Part shown: one piece after another, positions 16,435 through 23,121 of the stretch
Layout: each line of letters begins with the position of its first letter
Position numbering within the stretch: position 1 is the stretch's first letter
DNA from: a virus
Reading direction: 5' to 3' (one strand)
Length of the DNA stretch: 26,263 nucleotides
IMG/VR virus record: IMGVR_UViG_3300018080_000090
Coordinates: 1-26,263 of that record
Program-made: the position numbers and the translations under genes
Notes under the pieces: generated by a model
Told to the model about the DNA's origin: nothing
Databases searched by the model: none
The model's input: only the letters and a program-made list of their open reading frames with translations

Positions 16435-16781
16435 TGGTAGACTACATTTACACACTGCCAAATTCTACAACGGGTATAGATTCAATAATTGGTCAAACAA
16501 TGAACTCAGGCGGTTCAATGGCATCGTTTATACCAGGTAGTATACTTTTCTTTATCTTCCTTGTAGTGTTTATTGGAGGCTCGACCAGGCAGAAAACAAG
16601 AACAGGAACAGCAGATTATTCAGCGTGGGCAGTCGTGGGTTCAGTTGCTACATTCTTTGTAGCACTATTAATGTCTATTAGTGCAGAATATATACAGCTC
16701 GATTGGTTATTAATTGTTGTTACACTAACGATAGGTTCTGTTACATGGTTCTTTCTTGATAGGAAAACGTCAGAAGTCTAG
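16434..16781 (+). CDS. Three-TM membrane protein (115 aa from the ATG at 16434; the track ORF starts at a TTG at 16416)
   Basis: The ATG at 16434 overlaps the upstream TAA. GGAGAGG SD lies ~10 nt upstream. Hydrophobic helices are seen in the translation. Confidence 0.7.
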   Translation: MVDYIYTLPNSTTGIDSIIGQTMNSGGSMASFIPGSILFFIFLVVFIGGSTRQKTRTGTADYSAWAVVGSVATFFVALLMSISAEYIQLDWLLIVVTLTIGSVTWFFLDRKTSEV

Positions 16782-16809
16782 TGTTACAATGTAACACCAT
16801 ATTTAAATA
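16781..16809 (+). promoter_or_regulatory. Palindromic operator GTGTTACAATGTAACAC (16781-16797) plus TATA box ATTTAAATA (16801-16809)
   Basis: Perfect 8+1+8 palindrome immediately upstream of a consensus-like TATA box. The downstream gene carries an AAGGAGG SD (16856-16862) 11 nt before its ATG. Confidence 0.6.
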
Positions 16810-16873
16810 ATGATTTAGTATTAATATTTGATGAGCTTTGATAAAAAATTTCTGAAAGGAGGTTCTAAATAAG

Positions 16874-17188
16874 ATGGAGAATAAGAGAGGACAGATGACT
16901 GGTGGATTAATTACTAGTCTAGTTTTTGGTGTTGCTTCTTTGGTAATCGGTGTCATAATCGCATTCGTTATTGTTTCTACACTAACAGGTGCTAACCTTT
17001 TGACAGCTGATGGTGCTGAGGATAACGCTACTGACAGACTTGCAGGAAACTTTACAACAGGTATTGATAATGTTTCTGGAAAAATACCAACAGTTTTACT
17101 GGTTGCTGCAATCGTTCTAATCCTTGGAGTTCTTGTGTTACTAGTTACACAGTGGCAAAGAATGAGGTTAGGCGGAGGCGGTATTTAA
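16874..17188 (+). CDS. Small two-TM hairpin protein (104 aa) with a class III signal-like N-terminus; candidate major virion (capsid) protein
   Basis: MENKRGQ followed by a ~28-aa hydrophobic helix, a polar loop with sequons (NAT, NFT, NVS), a second hydrophobic helix and a GGGG tail. It has its own TATA promoter, the best SD in the genome, and a T-tract plus hairpin terminator. Confidence 0.8.
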   Translation: MENKRGQMTGGLITSLVFGVASLVIGVIIAFVIVSTLTGANLLTADGAEDNATDRLAGNFTTGIDNVSGKIPTVLLVAAIVLILGVLVLLVTQWQRMRLGGGGI

Positions 17189-17200
17189 GTATCGTATAAA

Positions 17201-17277
17201 TTATTATTTTTATTATTTTTGTAAATAAAGTGGGAGAAACACTTGACACTCCCACTATAATCTTTTAAAATAAAGAT
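17201..17277 (+). terminator. Terminator region: T-rich tract followed by two hairpins
   Basis: TTATTATTTTTATTATTTTTG (17201-17221). 8-bp GC-containing stem AGTGGGAG/CTCCCACT (17229-17236 / 17249-17256). AT hairpin AATCTTT/AAAGATT (17258-17277). Confidence 0.55.
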
Positions 17278-17407
17278 TGGAAATTGAGAGAATTGCATAC
17301 AATAAAAAGAAAAGGATTGATATGAATGTGAAAGTGACTATTGAAATGAAAAAGCCTAGAAGGAAGTACCAACCATGTAATAAACTAGATATGGGAGGTT
17401 ACAGGTT

Positions 17408-17533
17408 ATGAGTAAATGGTCTGACGAGTTCATTGCAAGTTATAAAAGTACAAAGAAAGTTAGAGATTTGACTAAAGAATGTAAAAAAAAGTTAGATCTT
17501 CCAAAATATAAAACCAAAACTGGAAAGTTGTAA
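17408..17533 (+). CDS. Hypothetical basic mini-protein (41 aa)
   Basis: GGAGG at 17393-17397 lies ~11 nt upstream of the ATG. ATGA overlap with a 29-aa upstream micro-ORF (17322..17411). Below the ORF-track cutoff. Confidence 0.3.
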   Translation: MSKWSDEFIASYKSTKKVRDLTKECKKKLDLPKYKTKTGKL

Positions 17534-17597
17534 ACGTATTCATTATTTTATCTTAAAACTCTTCTTAGAATGGCTCTATCAAAGAATTAGCTTATTT

Positions 17598-17816
17598 TTA
17601 ATTATTTTTTACGTGTAAAACAAGTGCGTGTCTTTTTTCTATTTCTTTATTGGACACATAAATAAAACAACTCTTGCAATAATAATTACCCAAATAGAGA
17701 ATTTTTCTCACCATCAACCTTTTACAACGTTTACATTTTACTTTTTCTTTACACATTAATTTAACTACGTCATCGTAGTATTTATTATTTCTGTTACCTT
17801 TTATTTGTGAACACAA
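17598..17816 (-). CDS. Zinc-ribbon mini-protein (the track uses a TTG start; the ATG at 17756 gives 52 aa)
   Basis: CKRCKR...CKSC motif pair. A minus-strand TTTAAATA sits at 17821-17828. The start codon is uncertain. Confidence 0.4.
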   Translation of the reverse strand: MCSQIKGNRNNKYYDDVVKLMCKEKVKCKRCKRLMVRKILYLGNYYCKSCFIYVSNKEIEKRHALVLHVKNN

Positions 17817-17973
17817 AAATTATTTAAAGAAGAAGATATTAATTCTTTTAATCTAATGAGCGTAAAAGACTAAACCCCTTTTATTTGGCTTGTGGTGGTT
17901 TGATTGCACCTTTCCACCCTTGCCCTCATATTCAAAAGAGGTTGGGGGCGGCTTCCTGGTGGAAGAAGAGAGG

Positions 17974-18162
17974 ATGAACGAAATGGAAATAAACAAAACA
18001 TATAATATTAAGGTTGAAGTGACAGGCAAGATTCTATTCTATTCTAAATGTAAAATTATTTCTATTAATGATAAATTTGTGACGTTTATTGATTCACATA
18101 CAAAATACCCTATTAGTTATAACTTAAACGTAGTAGTATTCTATGAAGAGGTGCAAGTATGA
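17974..18162 (+). CDS. Hypothetical small beta-rich protein (62 aa from the ATG at 17974; the track ORF starts at a TTG at 17890)
   Basis: GAGAGG lies just upstream of the ATG at 17974. The sequence MNEMEINKTYNIKVEVTGKILFYSKCKIISINDKFVTF... has alternating hydrophobic residues. Confidence 0.5.
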   Translation: MNEMEINKTYNIKVEVTGKILFYSKCKIISINDKFVTFIDSHTKYPISYNLNVVVFYEEVQV

Positions 18163-18290
18163 AAGTCGCTAGGAATAAATTTAGTTCGTGGTTGTCTTCC
18201 TGCACTTGCAAAAAAAGTTTATCTCTAGAGTATACGCAATTCCTAGCGACGTTTTATTCGAATTTATTGAAAGGGGGTGGATTAAGATGA
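18159..18290 (+). CDS. Hypothetical mini-protein (43 aa)
   Basis: ATGA overlaps at both ends (18159-18162 and 18287-18290) link it into the gene chain. Below the ORF-track cutoff. It competes with the 5-prime extension of the track ORF 18188..18487. Confidence 0.3.
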   Translation: MKVARNKFSSWLSSCTCKKSLSLEYTQFLATFYSNLLKGGGLR

Positions 18291-18487
18291 CATCTAAAAA
18301 GAAAAAGCTAATAGATTTAAATGATAAGAAAAACTTAAAAGAGAGAAAAGAAAAAAGACTTACATGCCTAAAATGTAAAAACCAATCTTTCTTAATTGTT
18401 TATGGTGTAGCTGATTTTCCATTCTTTGATGTTTTCTGTTCTGCATGTGGTAGTGGTTACCCTTTTTATGCAGACATGACTGATTGA
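18287..18487 (+). CDS. Zinc-ribbon mini-protein (66 aa from the ATG at 18287)
   Basis: GGGGGTGG SD lies 6 nt upstream of the ATG at 18287. CLKC...CSAC motif pair. The track ORF begins at an upstream GTG. Confidence 0.55.
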   Translation: MTSKKKKLIDLNDKKNLKERKEKRLTCLKCKNQSFLIVYGVADFPFFDVFCSACGSGYPFYADMTD

Positions 18488-18490
18488 AAA

Positions 18491-18835
18491 ATGAAAAGCT
18501 ATAAGAAATGGATATTATCTCGTAAAGAAATTGAGAAGGTATGGAAAGAAAGAAACCTCGAATTAGATAAAGAAATAATGGAAATAGAGGATGAGTTACT
18601 AAAAAATAAATATGCAGAGTTATGGAAGTTCATAATAGTAAACTTCTCAGAAGATTTAAAAGATGGTTTAAAACAAAAGCAATTAAGGACAGCCCTATAT
18701 AAATATATAAATTATATGTATACTGCTGAGATTGATGGAGTTGAAGATATCTTAGAATTATTCCAAAGAAGAGGTTTGTTGAATCTTTATGACGACCAAA
18801 CTATTGAAGGATTTGTAAGTTTTTCTCAAAAATAA
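18491..18835 (+). CDS. Hypothetical helical protein (114 aa)
   Basis: ORF track. Compact spacing with neighbouring genes. No recognisable motif. Confidence 0.7.
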   Translation: MKSYKKWILSRKEIEKVWKERNLELDKEIMEIEDELLKNKYAELWKFIIVNFSEDLKDGLKQKQLRTALYKYINYMYTAEIDGVEDILELFQRRGLLNLYDDQTIEGFVSFSQK

Positions 18836-18853
18836 ATCAATTAATTAACATTC

Positions 18854-18876
18854 GCCAGATTATTTTTTGTTCTGGC
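18854..18876 (+). terminator. Possible hairpin terminator
   Basis: GCCAGA/TCTGGC 6-bp stem with a T-rich loop (TTATTTTTTGT), just after the stop at 18835. Confidence 0.3.
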
Positions 18877-18919
18877 ATCATACTCAAATGTCGGTGGACA
18901 GTAAAACATAAAGAAAAAG

Positions 18920-20260
18920 ATGGAAAAGAAACAACAAACAACAAAAGAAGAGGCAGAGTTTCATAAATGGGTGGGAGTAATCGAAAGAACTCCCAGTTAT
19001 TTTAGAACAAAGGCAGATTTAAAAGTTAATGGAGTACCAAAAGAATTATGGGATAAGTTGTCAGAGGTCTGTGAACCTGTAAAAGAAGCGTTACATCAAA
19101 ATCCTACTCCAAGAGAAGCATTTAGACTGATTAAAGATATTATTGATTATTATTTAGATATGCCTGAGGATAAGAAAACTATTATCGCATTATGGATAAT
19201 TGGAACTTACCTACATGATAGGTTTGAATCATTCCCTTACTTATTCTTAAACGCTATGAGGGGAAGTGGTAAAACTAGAACACTTAAACTTATTACTGCA
19301 CTGGCAAAAGATGGTCAAATGCTAATGAGTTTGACTGAAGCTGGACTTTTTAGGACTTCTGGAACACTTGGGATTGATGAATTCGAGTCCTTAGGAAGTA
19401 AGGAAAAGCAGCCACTTAGAGAAATGCTTAACGCTTCATACAAAAAAGGCATAAAAATTGTGAGAATGAAGAAAAAAAAGACCATAGAAGGTGAAAATCA
19501 GGAAGCAGAATACTTTGAACCTTACCGCCCAATAGCTATGGCAAACATCTGGGGAATTGAAGAAGTATTAGGAGATAGGTCAATTTCTATCGTTTTAGAG
19601 AAATCTAATAATCCTATGTACACTAAAATCATGGATAATTTTGAGAACGATTCTGCCATTTTTACGTGTAAAAAAGCCATTTTTGACAGTTTAGTGTACA
19701 TAGTGAATGAACATACCGCTGGAAAACATATACATACACTAGCCAAATGGAACACATTTGTGAAAAACCTATGTTCATTACATACACTAAGTACATATAG
19801 TACATATAATACACTATATACACCAACTGCTGAAGAAGAAGAATTGTTCCAAGCAATTTGTGATACTGAAGTAGATGGAAGAAATTTAGAACTATATTTC
19901 CCATTATTTATTATTGCTAACCATATTGGGAAAGATATTTTACTTGAATCATTAGAAATTGCAAAGAGTAATATTCAAGCAAAAAAATTAGATGATATTA
20001 TTGAAAGTAAAGATATTACCGTTTACACTTTAGTTGCAGGATTAACAGAGGGTTCATACCATAGTATAAAGGATATTACTAATACAATGTTATTACTTGT
20101 TGGAGATAATATGGAAAATAGACAATGGTTAAACCCAAAGTGGATGGGTTCAGCACTTAAGAGATTAAACCTTATAATTGATAAAAGAAGAATGGGTAAT
20201 GGCATTGAAGTAACCTTAAACATAAAAAAAGCACAAGAAAAGATGGAGATGTTCAAATGA
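18920..20260 (+). CDS. Walker A/B P-loop ATPase, putative replication protein (resembles the DUF3631-type domain of phage/plasmid primase-helicases)
   Basis: Walker A MRGSGKTRTLK. Walker B LGIDEFESL. Then MLNASYKKGIKIVRM, and later PIAMANIWGIEEVLGDRSISIVLEK. From memory this order and spacing matches the DUF3631 pattern (LNAGhrrG...R...P.a.Agi...pdtl.DRsi.i). No primase or polymerase motifs are seen in the N-terminal part. Confidence 0.85.
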   Translation: MEKKQQTTKEEAEFHKWVGVIERTPSYFRTKADLKVNGVPKELWDKLSEVCEPVKEALHQNPTPREAFRLIKDIIDYYLDMPEDKKTIIALWIIGTYLHDRFESFPYLFLNAMRGSGKTRTLKLITALAKDGQMLMSLTEAGLFRTSGTLGIDEFESLGSKEKQPLREMLNASYKKGIKIVRMKKKKTIEGENQEAEYFEPYRPIAMANIWGIEEVLGDRSISIVLEKSNNPMYTKIMDNFENDSAIFTCKKAIFDSLVYIVNEHTAGKHIHTLAKWNTFVKNLCSLHTLSTYSTYNTLYTPTAEEEELFQAICDTEVDGRNLELYFPLFIIANHIGKDILLESLEIAKSNIQAKKLDDIIESKDITVYTLVAGLTEGSYHSIKDITNTMLLLVGDNMENRQWLNPKWMGSALKRLNLIIDKRRMGNGIEVTLNIKKAQEKMEMFK

Positions 20261-20433
20261 AATCACACTCTGGAACTAAATTCGGCTATATGCTAACCAA
20301 AAAACAAACATATGGGTTAACTATTTCTATTTGGAAATCTTTAATCACCTCTTTTTTATTTTTACGGTTGAGTGATGTGAACGGTTCTCACAAAACGATG
20401 AAACCCTGTTCCAGAGATTTAATTAAAAAATGA
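20257..20433 (+). CDS. Hypothetical protein (58 aa, just below the ORF-track cutoff)
   Basis: Its ATG overlaps the ATPase stop (ATGA at 20257-20260). Reads MKSHSGTKFGYMLTKKQTYGLTISIWKSLITSFLFLRLSDVNGSHKTMKPCSRDLIKK. Confidence 0.35.
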   Translation: MKSHSGTKFGYMLTKKQTYGLTISIWKSLITSFLFLRLSDVNGSHKTMKPCSRDLIKK

Positions 20434-20519
20434 ATAAATTTAGATTATATGCCCAAAACTGTAATATTTTTGATAAGGGTTTTTATCTTAATTTTATTAT
20501 TTTATCGTCTATAAAAGGA

Positions 20520-20645
20520 GGTGTTTATCATTATCAAATTAGTATTTGATAACCTTGATAATTGATAGGCTTATCACTTTATCATTATCATCACCCCCTT
20601 ATAGGGTGATAATGATAAACCTATGATAATGATGATAAAATCTAA
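20520..20645. promoter_or_regulatory. Iteron-like cluster of TTATCATTATC / GATAATGATAA motifs with a central imperfect palindrome; candidate replication origin or regulator-binding array
   Basis: TTATCATTATC at 20525 and 20579. The inverted form GATAATGATAA at 20607 and the variant GATAATGATGATAA at 20625. Further TGATAA/TTATCA copies between them. Palindrome TTTATCATTATCATCACCC..GGGTGATAATGATAAA at 20578-20619. An AT-rich tract at 20440-20515 lies upstream. Confidence 0.5.
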
Positions 20646-20689
20646 AATAGTTCGCAAAATAAAGTGTGTACGAACAACGGAGGCAAAAA

Positions 20690-20899
20690 ATGAAACAAAT
20701 AAACAAAAAGAAATGTATTGTATGTGAAAAAGAGTTCATTTATTATGATGAACGTTGCGGAAGAACTGCAAAGATAGTCAGAGGAAAAACATGCATAACA
20801 TGTTCAAAGAAGTGTGCAAAAGCATATGCAAGAATCTTAAACAGATTAAGGTCAAGGAAAGTAAACCCAAAGATAATATATTATAATGATAGCCTTTAG
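20690..20899 (+). CDS. Zinc-ribbon mini-protein (69 aa from the ATG at 20690)
   Basis: ACGGAGG SD 7 nt upstream. CIVC...CITCSKKC motifs. The track ORF begins at an upstream GTG. Confidence 0.6.
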   Translation: MKQINKKKCIVCEKEFIYYDERCGRTAKIVRGKTCITCSKKCAKAYARILNRLRSRKVNPKIIYYNDSL

Positions 20900-21140
20900 A
20901 TATTGCGATAGATGTGGAGAAGTTTTTAATCCTATGGGGAAATATTGTAGATTATGCGAGGCTTGTAAAGAAGAATCAACACAAAAAAGAAAACTTAGCG
21001 GTTATAGAAACAGGAGAGACAAATATCACTGCCCTTATTGCAGCTTCAAGTCAAGATTAAAAGTAACAATGAACGAACACGTTAAAACATGCCAACTATG
21101 GAACTTCAATAAAACTGTTACTCCTAAAAAAGGAAAGTAA
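20886..21140 (+). CDS. Zinc-finger protein (84 aa): zinc ribbon plus a C2H2-like finger
   Basis: CDRC...CRLCEAC, then YHCPYCSFKSRLKVTMNEHVKTC (C-x2-C-x12-H-x4-C). Confidence 0.6.
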   Translation: MIAFRYCDRCGEVFNPMGKYCRLCEACKEESTQKRKLSGYRNRRDKYHCPYCSFKSRLKVTMNEHVKTCQLWNFNKTVTPKKGK

Positions 21141-21142
21141 AA

Positions 21143-21152
21143 GTATATAAAT
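21143..21152 (+). promoter_or_regulatory. TATA box for the leaderless small-gene operon
   Basis: GTATATAAAT is centred ~26 nt upstream of the ATG at 21173. Confidence 0.5.
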
Positions 21153-21172
21153 AATAATAAATAATAATTAAT

Positions 21173-21313
21173 ATGAAAAGAATAAGATCAATAAAAAAAT
21201 ACGGTGATTCACACGCAATAAAATTAGAACCTGCTGATTTGAAGGATTTTAATGTAAGTGTTGGTGATGAAGTATGTATTGATGAGATAATGAAGGAGGT
21301 AAAAAGAAAATGA
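21173..21313 (+). CDS. AbrB/MazE/SpoVT-like (swapped-hairpin) DNA-binding mini-protein (46 aa)
   Basis: IRSIKKYGDSHAIKLEPADLKDFNVSVGDEVCIDEI fits the AbrB-type signature (x-v-xK-xG-xS-xa-i-xi-P...l-xl-xxGD-xv-xi). Below the ORF-track cutoff. Confidence 0.6.
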   Translation: MKRIRSIKKYGDSHAIKLEPADLKDFNVSVGDEVCIDEIMKEVKRK

Positions 21314-21444
21314 CACTAAACAACAGACAACTAATGAAACGGAGTAATTATACAGCAAAAAAGATAGAGTATGATAAATTAATGGATCCTTCTTACTATT
21401 CTGAAGACTTACTAACTAAAATAACAGGTGCTTACAATGAATGA
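21310..21444 (+). CDS. Hypothetical mini-protein (44 aa)
   Basis: ATGA overlap with the AbrB-like gene. An uninterrupted ORF in the chain. Confidence 0.35.
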   Translation: MTLNNRQLMKRSNYTAKKIEYDKLMDPSYYSEDLLTKITGAYNE

Positions 21445-21565
21445 AGCTGATCCAATGAAAAGAAGGCAACATTTCTCTGCGGATGATTTCATCAATCTTG
21501 ACATTAAAGAGTTCTGTGTAACAGAAACCAAGATTGCTGATGACCTTAACCACTTTGCAAGATGA
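21437..21565 (+). CDS. Hypothetical mini-protein (42 aa)
   Basis: Overlaps the upstream ORF by 8 nt and the downstream ATG by ATGA. Confidence 0.35.
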   Translation: MNEADPMKRRQHFSADDFINLDIKEFCVTETKIADDLNHFAR

Positions 21566-21696
21566 AAACAGAAGAACAGACCCGCCTAGATTCAATCAAA
21601 GAAGGCCCTGGGAGCCAATGTAAGAAGATTTTGCAGGAACAATGGGTAAGTTTAGGGGTAATGGTAGTTCCAAGCGAACAGGAGTATGAAAAATGA
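21562..21696 (+). CDS. Hypothetical mini-protein (44 aa)
   Basis: ATGA overlaps at both ends link 21565 to 21693. Confidence 0.35.
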   Translation: MKTEEQTRLDSIKEGPGSQCKKILQEQWVSLGVMVVPSEQEYEK

Positions 21697-21923
21697 GAGA
21701 TAAAATTGAAACAATAGAATACCAGAAAACTGAAGCCAAGATTAAACTAATTAAAGGCCAAAGGGATAATTATGGTTTTGAACTAACCCTCCCAAGAGTA
21801 GAAGGAACAACAAACGAAGCCTGGATTAGTGAATTAATGCACCTAACAAAAACAATAAACGAACAGATTGATACTTTAACTAAACTGAAGGAGGCAAAAA
21901 ACGATGGTAGAAGTGAACTTTAG
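21693..21923 (+). CDS. Hypothetical protein (76 aa)
   Basis: ORF track; ATGA-coupled. Confidence 0.6.
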   Translation: MRDKIETIEYQKTEAKIKLIKGQRDNYGFELTLPRVEGTTNEAWISELMHLTKTINEQIDTLTKLKEAKNDGRSEL

Positions 21924-22233
21924 TGGGAATTTTTTGAGTTCTGAAAACTGTAAAGTGGATGATATTGGTACTATTATTGATGAAGGTACATTAAATGAAC
22001 GCAGCAAAAACGGAAAAACATGGCAACAACTCACAGTGACAGTAGAAGTTAACCAGAAACAATATAGCCACAGTTTCAGAAGCAGTGAAGGAAAAAGATT
22101 CCAAGAATTGTATGGAACAGATACAAAGAAATGGATTGGAAAACAATTTAAGATTCTTTTTATCCCATATGTCGATAACGAAAAAAAGATTCAACAAGGT
22201 GTAGAAATTGCACCACTTGAAGAAAAAGTGTAA
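21904..22233 (+). CDS. Hypothetical protein (109 aa), possibly an OB-fold/ssDNA-binding type
   Basis: ORF track. Beta-rich pattern with KTWQQLTVTVEVN and WIGKQFKILFIPY. The fold guess is weak. Confidence 0.6.
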   Translation: MVEVNFSGNFLSSENCKVDDIGTIIDEGTLNERSKNGKTWQQLTVTVEVNQKQYSHSFRSSEGKRFQELYGTDTKKWIGKQFKILFIPYVDNEKKIQQGVEIAPLEEKV

Positions 22234-22248
22234 ACAAACACACATAAA

Positions 22249-22305
22249 CTTTATTATTTTTTTTATTTTATACTCACTTCACGCAGGAATCAAGGGGGAA
22301 GTGAG
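22249..22305 (+). terminator. T-tract plus hairpin terminator after the small-gene operon
   Basis: CTTTATTATTTTTTTTATTTTA (22249-22270), then the 8-bp stem CTCACTTC/GAAGTGAG (22273-22280 / 22298-22305). Confidence 0.45.
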
Positions 22306-22320
22306 GGGTATATCTGTGCC

Positions 22321-22327
22321 TTTAAAC
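22321..22327 (+). promoter_or_regulatory. Putative TATA box for the leaderless ORF at 22353
   Basis: TTTAAAC is centred ~27 nt upstream of the ATG at 22353. Confidence 0.4.
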
Positions 22328-22352
22328 ATCCCCTCCTGCAATCATAAACAAA

Positions 22353-22490
22353 ATGGAAATAGATGTAAGAGAGAAAATAAACGAATTTGAAAGAGACCAC
22401 TTAATAAGTGACATAATCCTTCTAGGTTTTGACGGTGCAATAAGAAGGATAACTTTTGAATTTAAGGACTTGTTAAACGATGGAGAATGA
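22353..22490 (+). CDS. Hypothetical mini-protein (45 aa)
   Basis: Leaderless geometry. Natural-looking sequence MEIDVREKINEFERDHLISDIILLGFDGAIRRITFEFKDLLNDGE. Both overlapping track ORFs (22208..22390 + and 22322..22507 -) look spurious. Confidence 0.45.
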   Translation: MEIDVREKINEFERDHLISDIILLGFDGAIRRITFEFKDLLNDGE

Positions 22491-22587
22491 ACAATGAATG
22501 AACACATTTACGACATAATAGAATTAAGCAGGGGTTACATCGGTGTAGCAATAATTAGCTACCTTATGTACAATGGAATAATATAAA

Positions 22588-23121
22588 ATGAAACTAAATA
22601 TTGGATGTGGTAATGATTACAGGAAAGGATATATTAATATCGATAACTCTGAATTAGTTAAACCTGATTACATTGTGAACCTTGAAGAATGCAAACTCCC
22701 ATTCCAATCTAACACTTTTGATGAGATAATTTGTAACCATGTTTTAGAACATATAAATAATTTCATCCCTTTAGTAAAAGAAATGCACCGAGTGAGTCAG
22801 AAAGGTTCTAAAATCCTAATAAGATGCCCTTTCTATGCCGCATGGGGACAATACAACGACCCAACTCATGTAAGATTCTTTTCATTATACACTTTTGATT
22901 ATTTTAATCCTTCTTCTTATTCACACGAATGTGGGATACACGAAGCAGGAGAACCAATGTTTAACATAAAAGTAAAATTAAACTATGGAGTAGGCAAGAT
23001 GAAAAAATTTAATTGGATAATGAACCAAATAATCAACCTATATAAAGATTTTTATGTACGCTTCCTAGCTTTTATAATCCCTTGTGTTGAGATAAGATAC
23101 GAGTTGGAGGTGTTAAAATGA
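22588..23121 (+). CDS. Class I SAM-dependent methyltransferase (Methyltransf_11-like)
   Basis: Motif I KLNIGCGND. YINIDN. FDEIICNHVLEHI (post-I/II pattern typical of type-11 MTases). No DPPY/NPPY motif, so the substrate is unclear. Confidence 0.8.
   Translation: MKLNIGCGNDYRKGYINIDNSELVKPDYIVNLEECKLPFQSNTFDEIICNHVLEHINNFIPLVKEMHRVSQKGSKILIRCPFYAAWGQYNDPTHVRFFSLYTFDYFNPSSYSHECGIHEAGEPMFNIKVKLNYGVGKMKKFNWIMNQIINLYKDFYVRFLAFIIPCVEIRYELEVLK

Noticed and set aside
17881-17972. Relatively GC-rich stretch with GGTGG...CCACC and CTTCC-TGGT-GGAAG pairings; checked for a tRNA or small RNA
   Set aside because: No cloverleaf can be drawn on either strand, because the loop between GGTGG and CCACC is far too long for a T-arm. 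The stretch is more simply the 5-prime leader and SD region of the ORF starting at 17974.
22208-22507. Track ORFs 22208-22390 (+) and 22322-22507 (-)
   Set aside because: The first runs through a T-tract terminator and a hairpin region and has a non-natural composition. The second is antisense to the better-supported leaderless ORF 22353-22490.
22494-22586. 30-aa hydrophobic micro-ORF between 22490 and the SAM-MTase gene
   Set aside because: It is too short and has no recognisable initiation signal. It could be real, but the sequence alone does not support it.
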